This document shows, piece after piece, positions 7,479 through 17,119 of a stretch of 39,327 nucleotides of DNA; positions within the stretch are counted from its first letter, which is position 1; each line of letters starts with the position of its first letter. The notes beneath the pieces were generated by a model. The model was given only the letters and a program-made list of their open reading frames with translations, was not told the origin of the DNA and did not search any database. Location of the stretch: assembly GCA_020200995.1 (NCBI GenBank), contig JAIVHQ010000210.1:1-39327 (forward strand). The letters are read 5' to 3'. The DNA comes from Flavobacteriales bacterium. GTDB taxonomy: Bacteria > Bacteroidota > Bacteroidia > Flavobacteriales_D > Cryomorphaceae. A program made the translations under genes and the position numbers.

Positions 7479-10024
7479 AATTTCAGTCGCATAAACAGTT
7501 TCACATTCATATTGTTGTAAATATTGTAGACCGAAAATCCGAATTTGAGGGCTCCGTTTTTGAGCGGCACAGTGTATCCGGCTGAAATATCGGCCCTGTG
7601 GATCCAGTCAGTGAGTTCGGAATTAATTCGCCCCAGACTTACAAACTGCTGCTGATCACCATTTTCAAGTGTCACAGTAAAAGTGCCTCTTGCCGGGGTA
7701 TATGGCTGGCCACTCGCTGCGATCAGGGCCCCTGAAAAGTCCCACCTTTTCACCTGAATATTGTAAACCAACCCGACCTCATGGGTTGAAACACCGGCAC
7801 TCCTGAACGCCTCCCCCCTGTTCACTCCTTTATATTGCGAGCGCGCTCCCATGATGGTGTAGGATGCGAGGAACCGGTGCTTACCAAAAGATTTGCGGAG
7901 TAAAAAATCTGCCCCGGTGATGCGGCGCTCCCCTCCTATGGCCAATTGATCAAGGCTTCCGCCGGCCAGGCCAAATTCGGGAAACAAAAATTCAACAACG
8001 CCATTCTCACGCTTGTGGTAGGCCTCTGCGTCGAGCTGCCATCCGTTTTTTTCTAATACAAACCCGGCAATGAACTGATCGCTGTTGAGCACAGGCACAT
8101 CTGCCTGCCCCGCGAGGGCCCAGGTCTCCGGTATACTGAAATACAGACTGCGTTCATTGAGCCTGCGAATCATCTGGGTGTACCTTCCGGCGGAGGCTTT
8201 CAAAGTGATAATCTCGCCGGCGTCAAAAGAAAGTGAGAGCCTCGGCTCGAAGTACATTCTTTGATCGCCATCGTAATACGAAGTGCGAATTCCCCCTTTG
8301 GCAGTAATCCTTCCGAGCCGCTGCTCATAGTCGATGTAACCGGCCGTGAGCCTCGCTTGCTGAAGTGAATCGGAGAAAATGAAGTCTCTGTCCTGTGCCT
8401 GCATGGTAATCCTGTAATCTGTGTTCCAGAAACCAAATTCCAACCGCCCATTAGGAGACACCTCATAAGCGTTGTCGATGCGCAGGGTATTGTCGTCGAG
8501 GTTGACCCGCTGATCAAAAAAACGCCGGCTCAGCAGGACATCATCGTTCCTGAAAAAAGACACTTCTGCGTCCAAATTGCTGCGATACCTCGAAATTCCG
8601 TAATTGGCATAGGTGAAAAAACGCTTGCTCCATTTTCGCGACCACTTAAAACTACCCCCCTGGTTTCCCCATGTTACGGCATCTCGCGATACACGGCTCA
8701 CGCCATTGGCAGCTCCGCTGAATTCGATGCCCAAATCGTCCCTGCCTTGGTAAAAACTTACAGATATAGCGTCTTTCTCAGAAGGTTTAAAGTGAAACTT
8801 TGCGTTGAGATCGTAGAACGAATAATCGGGCGGATCGTTACTGAACACATCGATTTCAGAAGGTTGCACGTTTGGAATACTCGAATTGAAGAGGTTGTTG
8901 AACATGCCTCGATAAGTGGGCGACCCGATAATGTCAGTGTATGCCCTCCGATAAGCAAAAACGAGGGAGGCCTTTTCTTCCACGATCGGCAGCTCAGCGA
9001 GCACACTCATGCTCAAAGCACTCGCTTCAAGGGTCAGGGAGGGCTTCTTCTTGTTCCCGTCGATTCCCGTAATGTTGACCAACCCCGCGGCCCTGCCGCC
9101 GAAACGCGCGCCAAAGCCTCCTTTGCTCACCTGCACATTTTTGACCACATTGCTGTTAAACGCACTCAAAAAACCGAAAAAGTGATCGACGTGATATACA
9201 GGTATTCCGTCAAAGAGCACCATGTTTTGATCTGACCCCGAACCCCGAATGCGCAACCCCGAACTGGCTTCTCGGTTTGCGGAGACCCCGGGAAGAAAAC
9301 GGAGTGCAGCAAAAAGGTCATTCTCTGCGAGGTTGGGCAGCCGTGCAATTTCAGCCGGATTGAAAGCCAATTGGCCCACCATGCTTCCAATCTCGATCAT
9401 TTGCTCTTTGCGCGCAGCAATTTCCACTGAAGGCAAGGTGCGTTCGCTTCGATCCATTTCGAGTGAGAGCAAACCTGCTGCAGCGCCGGGATTAAGCCTG
9501 AATGAAATGGGCTCATATCCGAGATAGCGCACCGACACAGTCGCTGTATCGGAAGGCACTTTGAGAAGGGTAAATTTTCCGTCGGTATTGGTGGTGGCTG
9601 AGGTGGCTGCTCCCAACACTGCCACCGTGGCAAAGGGAAGCGCCTCTCCCGTTTCAGCATCCCGAACCACACCGCTGAGCGGGAAATCGGTGCGGACTGA
9701 CTTCGGAGCATCGTCCTCATAGGGTTTGAGAAAAATCACATAGGTCCCGCCTATGCGCTCAAAATCCCATAGAGTACCCTCCAGGGTTTCGGCGAGGAAG
9801 CCATCGACCGTTGAAACGGAGTCGGAAAATGCCGGAATGGTTACATTGTCGATGCTTCCCGAGCTGTAGGAAAAAGAAATACCGCTTTTCTTGCGGAGCT
9901 TTTTTGCAGCAACGGTCAGTGATTTGCCTTCAAAACTGCGCAGGAAATCTCTGTCGGGCGGGTCCTGCGCCGATGCATCAAATGCCCAAAGAGCGGCCAT
10001 GAACAACATAAGAGCAGCACGCAT
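7475..10024 (-). CDS. TonB-dependent receptor/transducer with N-terminal STN signalling domain and carboxypeptidase-regulatory-like domain
   Basis: 849 aa. Contains a signal peptide, an STN-like segment (LTVAAKKLRKKSGISFSY...GTYVIF), a CarboxypepD_reg-like segment (LSGVVRDAETGEALPFATVAV...TNTDGKFTL) and a plug (DQNMVLFDGIPVY). ATGA overlap with FecR1. Confidence 0.88.
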   Translation of the reverse strand: MRAALMLFMAALWAFDASAQDPPDRDFLRSFEGKSLTVAAKKLRKKSGISFSYSSGSIDNVTIPAFSDSVSTVDGFLAETLEGTLWDFERIGGTYVIFLKPYEDDAPKSVRTDFPLSGVVRDAETGEALPFATVAVLGAATSATTNTDGKFTLLKVPSDTATVSVRYLGYEPISFRLNPGAAAGLLSLEMDRSERTLPSVEIAARKEQMIEIGSMVGQLAFNPAEIARLPNLAENDLFAALRFLPGVSANREASSGLRIRGSGSDQNMVLFDGIPVYHVDHFFGFLSAFNSNVVKNVQVSKGGFGARFGGRAAGLVNITGIDGNKKKPSLTLEASALSMSVLAELPIVEEKASLVFAYRRAYTDIIGSPTYRGMFNNLFNSSIPNVQPSEIDVFSNDPPDYSFYDLNAKFHFKPSEKDAISVSFYQGRDDLGIEFSGAANGVSRVSRDAVTWGNQGGSFKWSRKWSKRFFTYANYGISRYRSNLDAEVSFFRNDDVLLSRRFFDQRVNLDDNTLRIDNAYEVSPNGRLEFGFWNTDYRITMQAQDRDFIFSDSLQQARLTAGYIDYEQRLGRITAKGGIRTSYYDGDQRMYFEPRLSLSFDAGEIITLKASAGRYTQMIRRLNERSLYFSIPETWALAGQADVPVLNSDQFIAGFVLEKNGWQLDAEAYHKRENGVVEFLFPEFGLAGGSLDQLAIGGERRITGADFLLRKSFGKHRFLASYTIMGARSQYKGVNRGEAFRSAGVSTHEVGLVYNIQVKRWDFSGALIAASGQPYTPARGTFTVTLENGDQQQFVSLGRINSELTDWIHRADISAGYTVPLKNGALKFGFSVYNIYNNMNVKLFMRLKL

Positions 10025-10881
10025 CAGGGCATTAAGGTAATGCTTTTGCCCTCTTCGACGTAAGTGGCCCCGAAAGTTTTACATAGAATTTGCAGGCTTT
10101 CATCCCTTGCATCTGCACGCAATTCGCCGGTAAATCTCAATCCGGGAGCCAGTTCAGAAATAATTTCAATATCGAAAGCCCGTTCGAGCATGGCACATAC
10201 CAGCGGCAGAGGGACGTCGTCAAATGCAGGCATCGCTTCGCTGCCCGGCATCACCGGATATGCGGAAAGGTATTCGGAAACTTCGATTGCTTTTTGGTCG
10301 CGGGAGATTTCGGCAAGGCTACCCGGCGCAAGGTCCCGGCTGTCGTTTTTGCCGCGAACGGCTACTTTTCCGGAAAGGCAATGCACCAATAAACGGTTGG
10401 GCTCGGCCCAGACTGAAAAAGATGTGCCCTTGACTTCCACTTCACCCATATCGGATTTGATCTTAAAAGTGCTCCCTGGTTTGACCTCAAAAAAGGCCGC
10501 TCCCGAGAGGTCGGCACTTCGACCTACCTTCCACAGCCAGGCGTTGTAGCGAATGCTCGCATCGGACGAAAGTGTTGCGCTCGAACCGTCGGGAAGGTCG
10601 AGTTTCATTTCGGCTGTTTGGTGGTTGGTGATTTCGGCATTGCCTGTGAAGTAAATTAAAAAAGGGAGGCCTGCCAGAATTGCAATTGCGGCGGCCGCAC
10701 TCAGGGTCGCAATTCGCGAACGCATTTGAACGACTTTGCCGGCAGGCGCTTCATCCGTTTTTATCCTCGCCATTACTGCGGCTTTGGCACGCTCCTTAGA
10801 ATCATCGGAAAAGGGCGGTTGCCATCCCGAGGCCGTTTCATTGATTCGGCGGTTCAATTCCTCTTCGCGGTTCTTCTCCAT
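10024..10881 (-). CDS. FecR-family anti-sigma factor (paralogue 1)
   Basis: FecR core SGAAFFEVKPGSTFKIKSDMGEVEVKGTSFSV and one TM segment. The ATG at 10881 lies 2 nt after the sigma-factor stop; the track start at 10887 is a TTG. Confidence 0.85.
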   Translation of the reverse strand: MEKNREEELNRRINETASGWQPPFSDDSKERAKAAVMARIKTDEAPAGKVVQMRSRIATLSAAAAIAILAGLPFLIYFTGNAEITNHQTAEMKLDLPDGSSATLSSDASIRYNAWLWKVGRSADLSGAAFFEVKPGSTFKIKSDMGEVEVKGTSFSVWAEPNRLLVHCLSGKVAVRGKNDSRDLAPGSLAEISRDQKAIEVSEYLSAYPVMPGSEAMPAFDDVPLPLVCAMLERAFDIEIISELAPGLRFTGELRADARDESLQILCKTFGATYVEEGKSITLMP

Positions 10882-10883
10882 CG

Positions 10884-11414
10884 TCAAATGTTTTTATCGA
10901 GTTCGGCCCTGATAATGCCCAGGGCTTTCGACATTCTTTTCTCCACCGCCTTGATGCCGATCCCCAACCGCTCCGAAATTTCGTGGTACTTCAGGTCGTC
11001 GATTCGGTTCATCAAAAACACTTCGCGCGCTCCGTCGGGAATTTTGGCGAGGGTGGCCTGCAGCTTTTGATCGTACTCTTCCATTTCCATGAGGTACTCA
11101 GGGGTCTTTTTCTCCGACCGATCAGTTTGCAAATTCAAGAACTTGTACTTCAACGTTTGTCGTTTGAGCTTATTAATCAGCAAGTTGGCGGCAATGGTGT
11201 ACACGTATGCCTTTAACGAGGTTTTATCAATGCGGTTTCTGGTCTCCCAGAGCTTCACAAAAGCATCTTGCGCGACATCCTCACTGAGCTCAGCGTTTCC
11301 GCATTTGTAATAGAGGAAATTTCGCACCGATGTGTAGTACGAATCAAAAAAATATTCAAATTCTTTCGCTGTGAGGACCTCCTTCTCTGACTCAGACTTT
11401 TTGAACAATCCCAA
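10884..11414 (-). CDS. ECF-type RNA polymerase sigma-70 family factor
   Basis: 176 aa. Region 2 (DVAQDAFVKLWE) and region 4 HTH (REVFLMNRIDDLKYHEISERLGIGIKAVEKRMSKAL). The only in-frame start is TTG at 11414. Confidence 0.88.
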   Translation of the reverse strand: MGLFKKSESEKEVLTAKEFEYFFDSYYTSVRNFLYYKCGNAELSEDVAQDAFVKLWETRNRIDKTSLKAYVYTIAANLLINKLKRQTLKYKFLNLQTDRSEKKTPEYLMEMEEYDQKLQATLAKIPDGAREVFLMNRIDDLKYHEISERLGIGIKAVEKRMSKALGIIRAELDKNI

Positions 11415-11590
11415 TGTGGCGAGTGAATTTGATTAAACAGTGTCTGTCCATAAAGCCGCTTGACTGTATTGACAAACTCTAAATAGTTGTTTCGGCAATT
11501 CTGCCAGGCATAAATATCACAAGAATTTCCAAAATCAGTGTTAACCACGTCAGCTTTTGTCATATTTGAACCACGACGAGGCCCTGCTGT

Positions 11591-11598
11591 TACATTTG
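11591..11598 (+). promoter_or_regulatory. Candidate Bacteroidota -7 promoter box TACATTTG (consensus TAnnTTTG) for the AKR-helicase-pdeM transcript
   Basis: Exact consensus match 33 nt upstream of the ATG at 11632. Confidence 0.35.
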
Positions 11599-11631
11599 GA
11601 CCTCCATCCCGCAAAAACCAAAATCAACAAT

Positions 11632-12570
11632 ATGAATTACCGCAGACTCGGAAAATCAGGACTTCAGGTGAGCGAACTCTCCTTCGGTTCGTGGATCACT
11701 TTCGGAAATCAAATAGACGACGGCACATCGGAAGCCCTCATGAAAACAGCCTACGACGCCGGCATCAACTTTTTTGACAATGCCGAAGCATACGCTACCG
11801 GAGAGTCGGAAAGGGTGATGGGAAAGATATTGAAGAAATTCGGCTGGAACCGCGACACCTACATCCTCTCGAGCAAAGTGTTTTTCGGCATCCACGAAGC
11901 CTGCCACGATGCACTCAAGCGGTTGCAAACCGACTACCTCGACCTCTTCTTCTGCCACCGCCCCGACAAGCAGACCCCGATCGAAGAAACGGTGTGGAGC
12001 ATGCACAACCTCATCACCCAAGGCAAGATTATGTATTGGGGCACAAGTGAGTGGAGCGCCCAAGAAATCATGGAAGCCCACATGGCGGCACAGCGCTACA
12101 ACCTGATAGGCCCCGTGATGGAGCAGCCGCAATACAACATGCTGGTGCGCGACAAGGTGGAAGTGGAGTATTCACAAATTTACAAGACCGTGGGCCTTGG
12201 CACCACGATTTGGAGTCCGCTCGCTTCGGGTATCCTTACGGGAAAATACAACGACGGAAAGGAGGGCGAAACACGCCTGAAGCGGGCAGAGCTGTCGTGG
12301 CTCAAAGACCGTGTGCTGATCGAAGAAACCTTGGAAAAGGTGAAAAAGCTCACTGCCCTGGCCAAGAAGTCAGACATCTCCATGACCCATATGGCGCTGG
12401 CGTGGTGCCTGAAAAACCCGGATGTGAGCACCGTGATACTCGGCGCGAGCCGCAACGAACAGCTGGAGGAGAACCTCAGGGTGACCGACCACCTCGACAA
12501 ACTCGATGATGAACTCATGGAAGCCATTGAAAGCATTTTAGACAACAAACCCGCGCACCCGGCATTCTGA
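11632..12570 (+). CDS. Aldo/keto reductase, Kv-beta-like subfamily
   Basis: MNYRRLGKSGLQVSELSFGSW..., GINFFDNAEAYATGESE, DLFFCHRPD and STVILGAS. The track start at 11557 is an upstream extension; the ATG at 11632 matches the family N-terminus. Confidence 0.85.
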   Translation: MNYRRLGKSGLQVSELSFGSWITFGNQIDDGTSEALMKTAYDAGINFFDNAEAYATGESERVMGKILKKFGWNRDTYILSSKVFFGIHEACHDALKRLQTDYLDLFFCHRPDKQTPIEETVWSMHNLITQGKIMYWGTSEWSAQEIMEAHMAAQRYNLIGPVMEQPQYNMLVRDKVEVEYSQIYKTVGLGTTIWSPLASGILTGKYNDGKEGETRLKRAELSWLKDRVLIEETLEKVKKLTALAKKSDISMTHMALAWCLKNPDVSTVILGASRNEQLEENLRVTDHLDKLDDELMEAIESILDNKPAHPAF

Positions 12571-12574
12571 CAGC

Positions 12575-15025
12575 ATGCAGGAGAGAGGCTTGGAACGGGC
12601 GCAAAAGTGGTTTGCGGGGCGCGGGTGGAAGCCTTTTTCATTTCAGGAAGATACCTGGAGGGCCTGCCTTTCCGGCAAGTCGGGTATGCTCAACGCACCG
12701 ACGGGGAGCGGAAAGACCTATGCCGCCTTCATCGGTGCGGCGCTCAGGGTGCTGCAAAACGATGAACGCAACAGCCTGTCGGGAAAGCGTGGATTGCGGA
12801 TTCTCTGGATCACACCGGTTCGGGCGCTCACCAAAGACATCCGCCGGGCGTGCACCGAATTTTGCGAAGAAGCGGGAATCCCCTGGCAGATTGCCGTGCG
12901 CACAGGAGATACCTCTACCGCCGAGCGAGCGAAAATCAAGAAAAAGCCGCCCGAAGTACTCATCACCACCCCCGAAAGCCTTCACCTGATCCTCGCATCA
13001 AAAGATAGCGAAGACTACCTCAAGCAATTGCAATTTCTCGTGGCCGATGAGTGGCACGAGCTGATGGGCTCTAAGCGGGCCGTGCTCCTCGAGCTCGCCC
13101 TATCGCGACTAAAGGCCATCTCAACACTGCAGGTGTGGGGGATCTCTGCCACCATCGGCAACATGGAGGAAGCAGTGGAAGTGCTGCTCGGTGCAGATGC
13201 CGATCGGGGCGGCCATATTTTCATCAAATCCAACCTCGACAAGCGGATCAAAATCATCCCCGTGATACCCGAGGAGATTGAAAAATTTCCCTGGGCAGGG
13301 CACCTCGGCACCAAGCTCGCTGAAGACCTGCTTCCCATCATCGCCAAAAGTAAATCGACCCTGATCTTCACCAACACCCGGGCGCAGGCGGAAATATGGT
13401 ACCAACACATCCTCAACATCGAGCCCGACCTGGCGGGGCTCATCGCCATGCACCACGGCTCGATAGACCGCGAGCTCCGCGACTGGGTGGAAGACGCCAT
13501 TCACGAGGGCAGACTGAAATGCGTGGTGTGCACGAGCAGCCTCGACCTCGGCGTCGACTTCAGGCCGGTGGAAACCATCGTGCAGGTGGGCAGCCCCAAG
13601 GGTGTAGCACGATTTCTGCAAAGGGCCGGGCGGAGCGGCCACTCACCCGGGATGGAAAGCACCATCTACTTTTTGCCCACCAACGGCCTCCAACTGGTGG
13701 AATGCGCCGCCCTGCGGCGCGCCGTGCTTCGCGGCGACATGGAGGTGCGCGTGCCGTACATCCGCAGCTTCGACGTGATGGTGCAATACCTGGTCACGCT
13801 GGCGGTGGGCGACGGCTTTTTTCCGGAAAGGATCTATGAAGAAATAAAATCCACCTTCTCGTTCGCATCGATCAGCAGTGATGAATGGGAGTGGGCGCTG
13901 AACTTCATCACCCGCGGCGGACAATCGCTGGAGGCTTATGAGGAATTCAGAAAGGTGGAGGTGATGCCCGACGGGCTGTACAAGGTTAATAGCCGAAGGG
14001 TTGCCATGCGCCACCGCATGTCGATCGGCGCCATTGTGAGCGACCCGATGCTGAAGGTGAAATTTCAAAAGGGCGGATACCTCGGTACGGTGGAAGAGTG
14101 GTTCGTATCGCGGCTCAATCCGGGCGACACATTTTGGTTTGCCGGAAGGCCGCTCGAACTCATCCGCATCAAGGAAATGACGGTACAGGTGAAAATGAGC
14201 AAAAAGAAAAAAGGTGCTGTGCCTTCGTGGCAGGGTGGGCGCATGCCGCTGTCAGCGATGCTTTCGGAAAACCTTCGTGTAAAAATCGCCGAACTCGCCG
14301 CAGGCAATTGCACCGAAGCCGAAATGCAAGCCGCCATGCCCATCGCGGAGACGCAAGCTAAATACTCGCATGTGCCGGGGATCGACGAGTTTTTGATTGA
14401 AAAAATCCAGACGCGGGAGGGACACCATATATACATGTATCCGTTTGAAGGAAGATTTGTGCACGAAGGAATGGCTGCAGTGATGGCTTACCGCATATCG
14501 AAATTAACCCCCATTTCCTTCAGCATTGCGGTGAACGATTACGGGTTTGAGCTGCTTTCCGATCAAAGTATTCCGCTCGAAGAAGCCCTTGCCGACGGTC
14601 TTTTCACCACCGACAATCTCACGGCCGACATTCAGGCGGGATTGAACAAAACCGAAATGGCCCGCCGCCGATTTCGCGACATTGCGGGAATTGCGGGGCT
14701 TGTGTTCAAAGGATTTCCCGGAAGGCAGCAAAAAGAGAAGCACCTCCAGTCTTCGTCACAGCTTTTCTTCGACGTGTTTCGAGATTACGAAAGCGACAAC
14801 CTGCTTTTCAAACAGGCCTTTGATGAAATCATGACTTTTCAGGTGGAGGAAGTGCGGATGCGCAATGCGCTGCACCGAATACAGAAACAGCGCACGGTGC
14901 TGATGTACCCGGAAAAACCGACTCCGTTTTGTTTTCCGATATTGGTGGACCGCCTCCGCGAAAAGCTGAGTTCCGAAAAACTCGAGGACCGCATCCGCAA
15001 AATGACCCTGGCCACCGAAAAATGA
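12575..15025 (+). CDS. Ligase-associated DNA damage response DEXH-box helicase (Lhr-like)
   Basis: 816 aa. Walker A motif NAPTGSGKT, motif II VADEWHEL, and a long C-terminal DEAD/H-associated region. Starts 4 nt after the AKR stop. Confidence 0.9.
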   Translation: MQERGLERAQKWFAGRGWKPFSFQEDTWRACLSGKSGMLNAPTGSGKTYAAFIGAALRVLQNDERNSLSGKRGLRILWITPVRALTKDIRRACTEFCEEAGIPWQIAVRTGDTSTAERAKIKKKPPEVLITTPESLHLILASKDSEDYLKQLQFLVADEWHELMGSKRAVLLELALSRLKAISTLQVWGISATIGNMEEAVEVLLGADADRGGHIFIKSNLDKRIKIIPVIPEEIEKFPWAGHLGTKLAEDLLPIIAKSKSTLIFTNTRAQAEIWYQHILNIEPDLAGLIAMHHGSIDRELRDWVEDAIHEGRLKCVVCTSSLDLGVDFRPVETIVQVGSPKGVARFLQRAGRSGHSPGMESTIYFLPTNGLQLVECAALRRAVLRGDMEVRVPYIRSFDVMVQYLVTLAVGDGFFPERIYEEIKSTFSFASISSDEWEWALNFITRGGQSLEAYEEFRKVEVMPDGLYKVNSRRVAMRHRMSIGAIVSDPMLKVKFQKGGYLGTVEEWFVSRLNPGDTFWFAGRPLELIRIKEMTVQVKMSKKKKGAVPSWQGGRMPLSAMLSENLRVKIAELAAGNCTEAEMQAAMPIAETQAKYSHVPGIDEFLIEKIQTREGHHIYMYPFEGRFVHEGMAAVMAYRISKLTPISFSIAVNDYGFELLSDQSIPLEEALADGLFTTDNLTADIQAGLNKTEMARRRFRDIAGIAGLVFKGFPGRQQKEKHLQSSSQLFFDVFRDYESDNLLFKQAFDEIMTFQVEEVRMRNALHRIQKQRTVLMYPEKPTPFCFPILVDRLREKLSSEKLEDRIRKMTLATEK

Positions 15026-15672
15026 CTGAAACCCGACAAGAAGTAACCGTGGAGGGCCTTCGCCTGGAGCTGCTCGCTAAAAAGGCCATAATGATTCCAT
15101 CGAAATCGGCATTGCTGATCGCCGATGTGCACCTGGGCAAGGTGAACCATTTTCGCAAAAACGGAATTCCCGTTCCGGAGCCTGCCGGTCAGAATAACCT
15201 GAAACGACTTTCACAAATTATCGATAGCGAGGGGCCGAAGGAAGTCATCTTTCTGGGAGACCTGTTTCACAGCAGTGCCAACAGGGCCTGGCCCGAATTC
15301 GCGGAATTTATGGCGGGCTTCCCGAAGGTCAAGTTCACCCTCGTGGTGGGCAACCACGATATTCTGGGTCGACACGTATTTGAAGATGCGGGCATGACGG
15401 TCGTCGACCACTTGAAGCTCGGGCCGCTGTGGCTCACCCACGACAGGTCGGAGAGGGATGAGATGTTTAACCTTTACGGTCATATACATCCGGCAGTGCG
15501 GCTGAGGGGTTCCGGAAAGCAATACCTGAAAGTGCCTTGCTTCTTTTTCAACCTCAAGGAACGCTATGGAATATTGCCGTCGTTCGGCGACTTCACCGGA
15601 TCGCATGTACTCAAGCCCGACAAGGACTGCGTAACTTTTGTGACCACGGGCAAGGAGGTGCTACACGTGTAA
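15022..15672 (+). CDS. pdeM: Ligase-associated DNA damage response metallophosphoesterase PdeM
   Basis: The ATG at 15022 overlaps the helicase TGA (ATGA). Metallophosphoesterase motifs ADVHLGK, LGDLFH and GNHD. Confidence 0.85.
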   Translation: MTETRQEVTVEGLRLELLAKKAIMIPSKSALLIADVHLGKVNHFRKNGIPVPEPAGQNNLKRLSQIIDSEGPKEVIFLGDLFHSSANRAWPEFAEFMAGFPKVKFTLVVGNHDILGRHVFEDAGMTVVDHLKLGPLWLTHDRSERDEMFNLYGHIHPAVRLRGSGKQYLKVPCFFFNLKERYGILPSFGDFTGSHVLKPDKDCVTFVTTGKEVLHV

Positions 15673-15679
15673 TCAAACC

Positions 15680-16564
15680 TCAGTGGAAGCGTGCTAAAAC
15701 AGACTTGACCTGCGCGGCATACCCGCCTCCGAATAGATTCACATGAACCATGAGCGGATATAGATTGGCGATATCGACCCGCTCCTCCCACCCGGATTCA
15801 AGCGGATATTCGGCTAGGTAGCCGCGATAGAATCCCGAATCGAAACCTCCGAAAAGTCGGGTCATGGCAATATCCACCTCGCGATGGCCGAAGTAAACCG
15901 CCGGATCGAAAATGGTGGCGTGGCCATCGGCGCCTGTCATGAAGTTGCCCGACCACAAATCGCCGTGTACGGCGGCGGGCGGCTCGACCGGAAACAGGTT
16001 TTCAGCCCTGGAGAAGAGCAAGTCAAAACCGCGCACCATCGCCTGGTCAGCCTTGCCTGCATCACGTGCCGCCTTTATTTGCGGAAGCAGGCGCTGCTCC
16101 ACGAAGAAATCCGCCCACTTCTCAGATCGCTTGTTCAGCTGCACCATGCTTCCCATGTAGTTGTCGTAATCCAGGCCGAAGTGGTCGGCCGAGTAGCGGT
16201 GCATCCGGGCCAACTCCGCTCCGAATTGCTCCCAATAGTCGGGAGCCTCGGCAGTGGATTGAATAAACTCCATTGCTATGAATTGAAGGTCTCCTGTACG
16301 CCCCACCTCAAATACCTTCGGCACCTTGAAATGGCTGTTTTCAGCAATGAATCGCAGACCCTTTGCCTCCTTGGCCAACATTTGCGGATACCTGTTCGCC
16401 GCATTCACTTTCACGAAAAATAATTGGCCGCCTGCAGCAATTCGATATGCATCGTTGATGCTTCCACCGCCTACGGATTGTACTGAACTTATGGGAGCCG
16501 GACTACCGATATGCTTTTGAAGTGCATCGCTCAGCTCACTTTTCAATTTTTGATTCAATGACAT
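15680..16564 (-). CDS. Fructosamine/ketosamine-3-kinase family protein
   Basis: GGSINDAYR near the N-terminus and the catalytic HGDLWSGN motif. ATG at 16564 preferred over the upstream track start. Confidence 0.85.
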   Translation of the reverse strand: MSLNQKLKSELSDALQKHIGSPAPISSVQSVGGGSINDAYRIAAGGQLFFVKVNAANRYPQMLAKEAKGLRFIAENSHFKVPKVFEVGRTGDLQFIAMEFIQSTAEAPDYWEQFGAELARMHRYSADHFGLDYDNYMGSMVQLNKRSEKWADFFVEQRLLPQIKAARDAGKADQAMVRGFDLLFSRAENLFPVEPPAAVHGDLWSGNFMTGADGHATIFDPAVYFGHREVDIAMTRLFGGFDSGFYRGYLAEYPLESGWEERVDIANLYPLMVHVNLFGGGYAAQVKSVLARFH

Positions 16565-16657
16565 AGAGATCAAAGTTATCGTCTTGATCGGGAAATCCAA
16601 TGCAATGAAAAGATCAAAGATTGAGAAATATGTCTTGCAGGAACAACACCGAGTACG

Positions 16658-16665
16658 TATTTTTG
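16658..16665 (+). promoter_or_regulatory. Candidate -7 promoter box TATTTTTG for tRNA-Met
   Basis: Matches TAnnTTTG and lies 11 nt upstream of the mature tRNA 5' end. Confidence 0.4.
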
Positions 16666-16676
16666 CCCTCCTTTCG

Positions 16677-16750
16677 GGGCCCGTAGCTCAGTTGGTTAGA
16701 GCAGCAGACTCATAATCTGAAGGTCGAAGGTTCAATCCCTTCCGGGCCCA
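16677..16750 (+). tRNA. tRNA with CAT anticodon: elongator tRNA-Met or lysidine-modified tRNA-Ile2
   Basis: Cloverleaf folded by hand. Acceptor GGGCCCG/CGGGCCC, D arm GCTC-AGTTGGTTA-GAGC, anticodon loop CTCATAA, T arm GAAGG-TTCAATC-CCTTC, discriminator A, no encoded CCA. It lacks initiator features (no 1:72 mismatch, no GGG/CCC anticodon stem). Confidence 0.9.
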
Positions 16751-16981
16751 CTTCTTTCTTCCCATTCCTTTGTTGATTTTGAGGCCTTTCGGCCTCGATT
16801 AACGTCCTTCGATTCCCGGATTTTATTTGGGAGCTCCACTTCAAACAGCTTCAAATCAAAACGGTTGATTTGACCAAAGGCGCCAAAGTTACATCCTGTG
16901 TAGCACGGTGTCCTGCCTTTTGAGCATCCTCAAGCATAACGCTGAAGCCTGAAGGCAGAGGTGAACAGCAGTCTACGGATC

Positions 16982-17013
16982 AAAAAAAAGGGATTGCCGT
17001 TTAAGACAATCCC
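16982..17013 (-). terminator. Rho-independent terminator downstream of tRNA-Ala
   Basis: Stem gggattg/caatccc (16990-16996 / 17007-17013), followed on the minus strand by 8 T. Confidence 0.65.
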
Positions 17014-17021
17014 GTTCGTAT

Positions 17022-17098
17022 TGGTGGAGAATACCGGATTCGAACCGGTGACCTCTACACTGCCAGTGTAGCGCTCTAGCCAACTGAGCTAATCCCCC
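17022..17098 (-). tRNA. tRNA-Ala (GGC anticodon), CCA encoded
   Basis: The reverse complement reads GGGGGATTAGCTCAGTTGGCTAGAGCGCTACACTGGCAGTGTAGAGGTCACCGGTTCGAATCCGGTATTCTCCACCA. Anticodon loop CTGGCAG, and the G3:U70 alanine identity pair is present. Confidence 0.92.
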
Positions 17099-17111
17099 GA
17101 AAATAGCTTGG

Positions 17112-17119
17112 CAAAATTA
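17112..17119 (-). promoter_or_regulatory. Candidate -7 promoter box TAATTTTG for tRNA-Ala
   Basis: Consensus TAnnTTTG on the minus strand, 13 nt upstream of the tRNA 5' end. Confidence 0.4.

Noticed and set aside
11875-11910. The aldo/keto reductase seems to lack about 15 residues between KVFFG and IHEACHDALKRL, relative to Kv-beta-like homologues as I remember them
   Set aside because: I cannot verify this without an alignment. The reading frame is intact, and the catalytic Asp/Tyr/Lys/His positions (FFDNAEAY, SSKVF, CHRPD) are present. I treat it as ordinary loop-length variation.
12612-15158. Many 80-170-aa ORFs on both strands inside the helicase/pdeM genes (for example 13121-13642 minus and 13396-13839 plus)
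   Set aside because: This is a GC-rich region where off-frame stops are depleted. The products are Arg/Gly/Pro-rich with no motifs, and the region is fully explained by the helicase reading frame.
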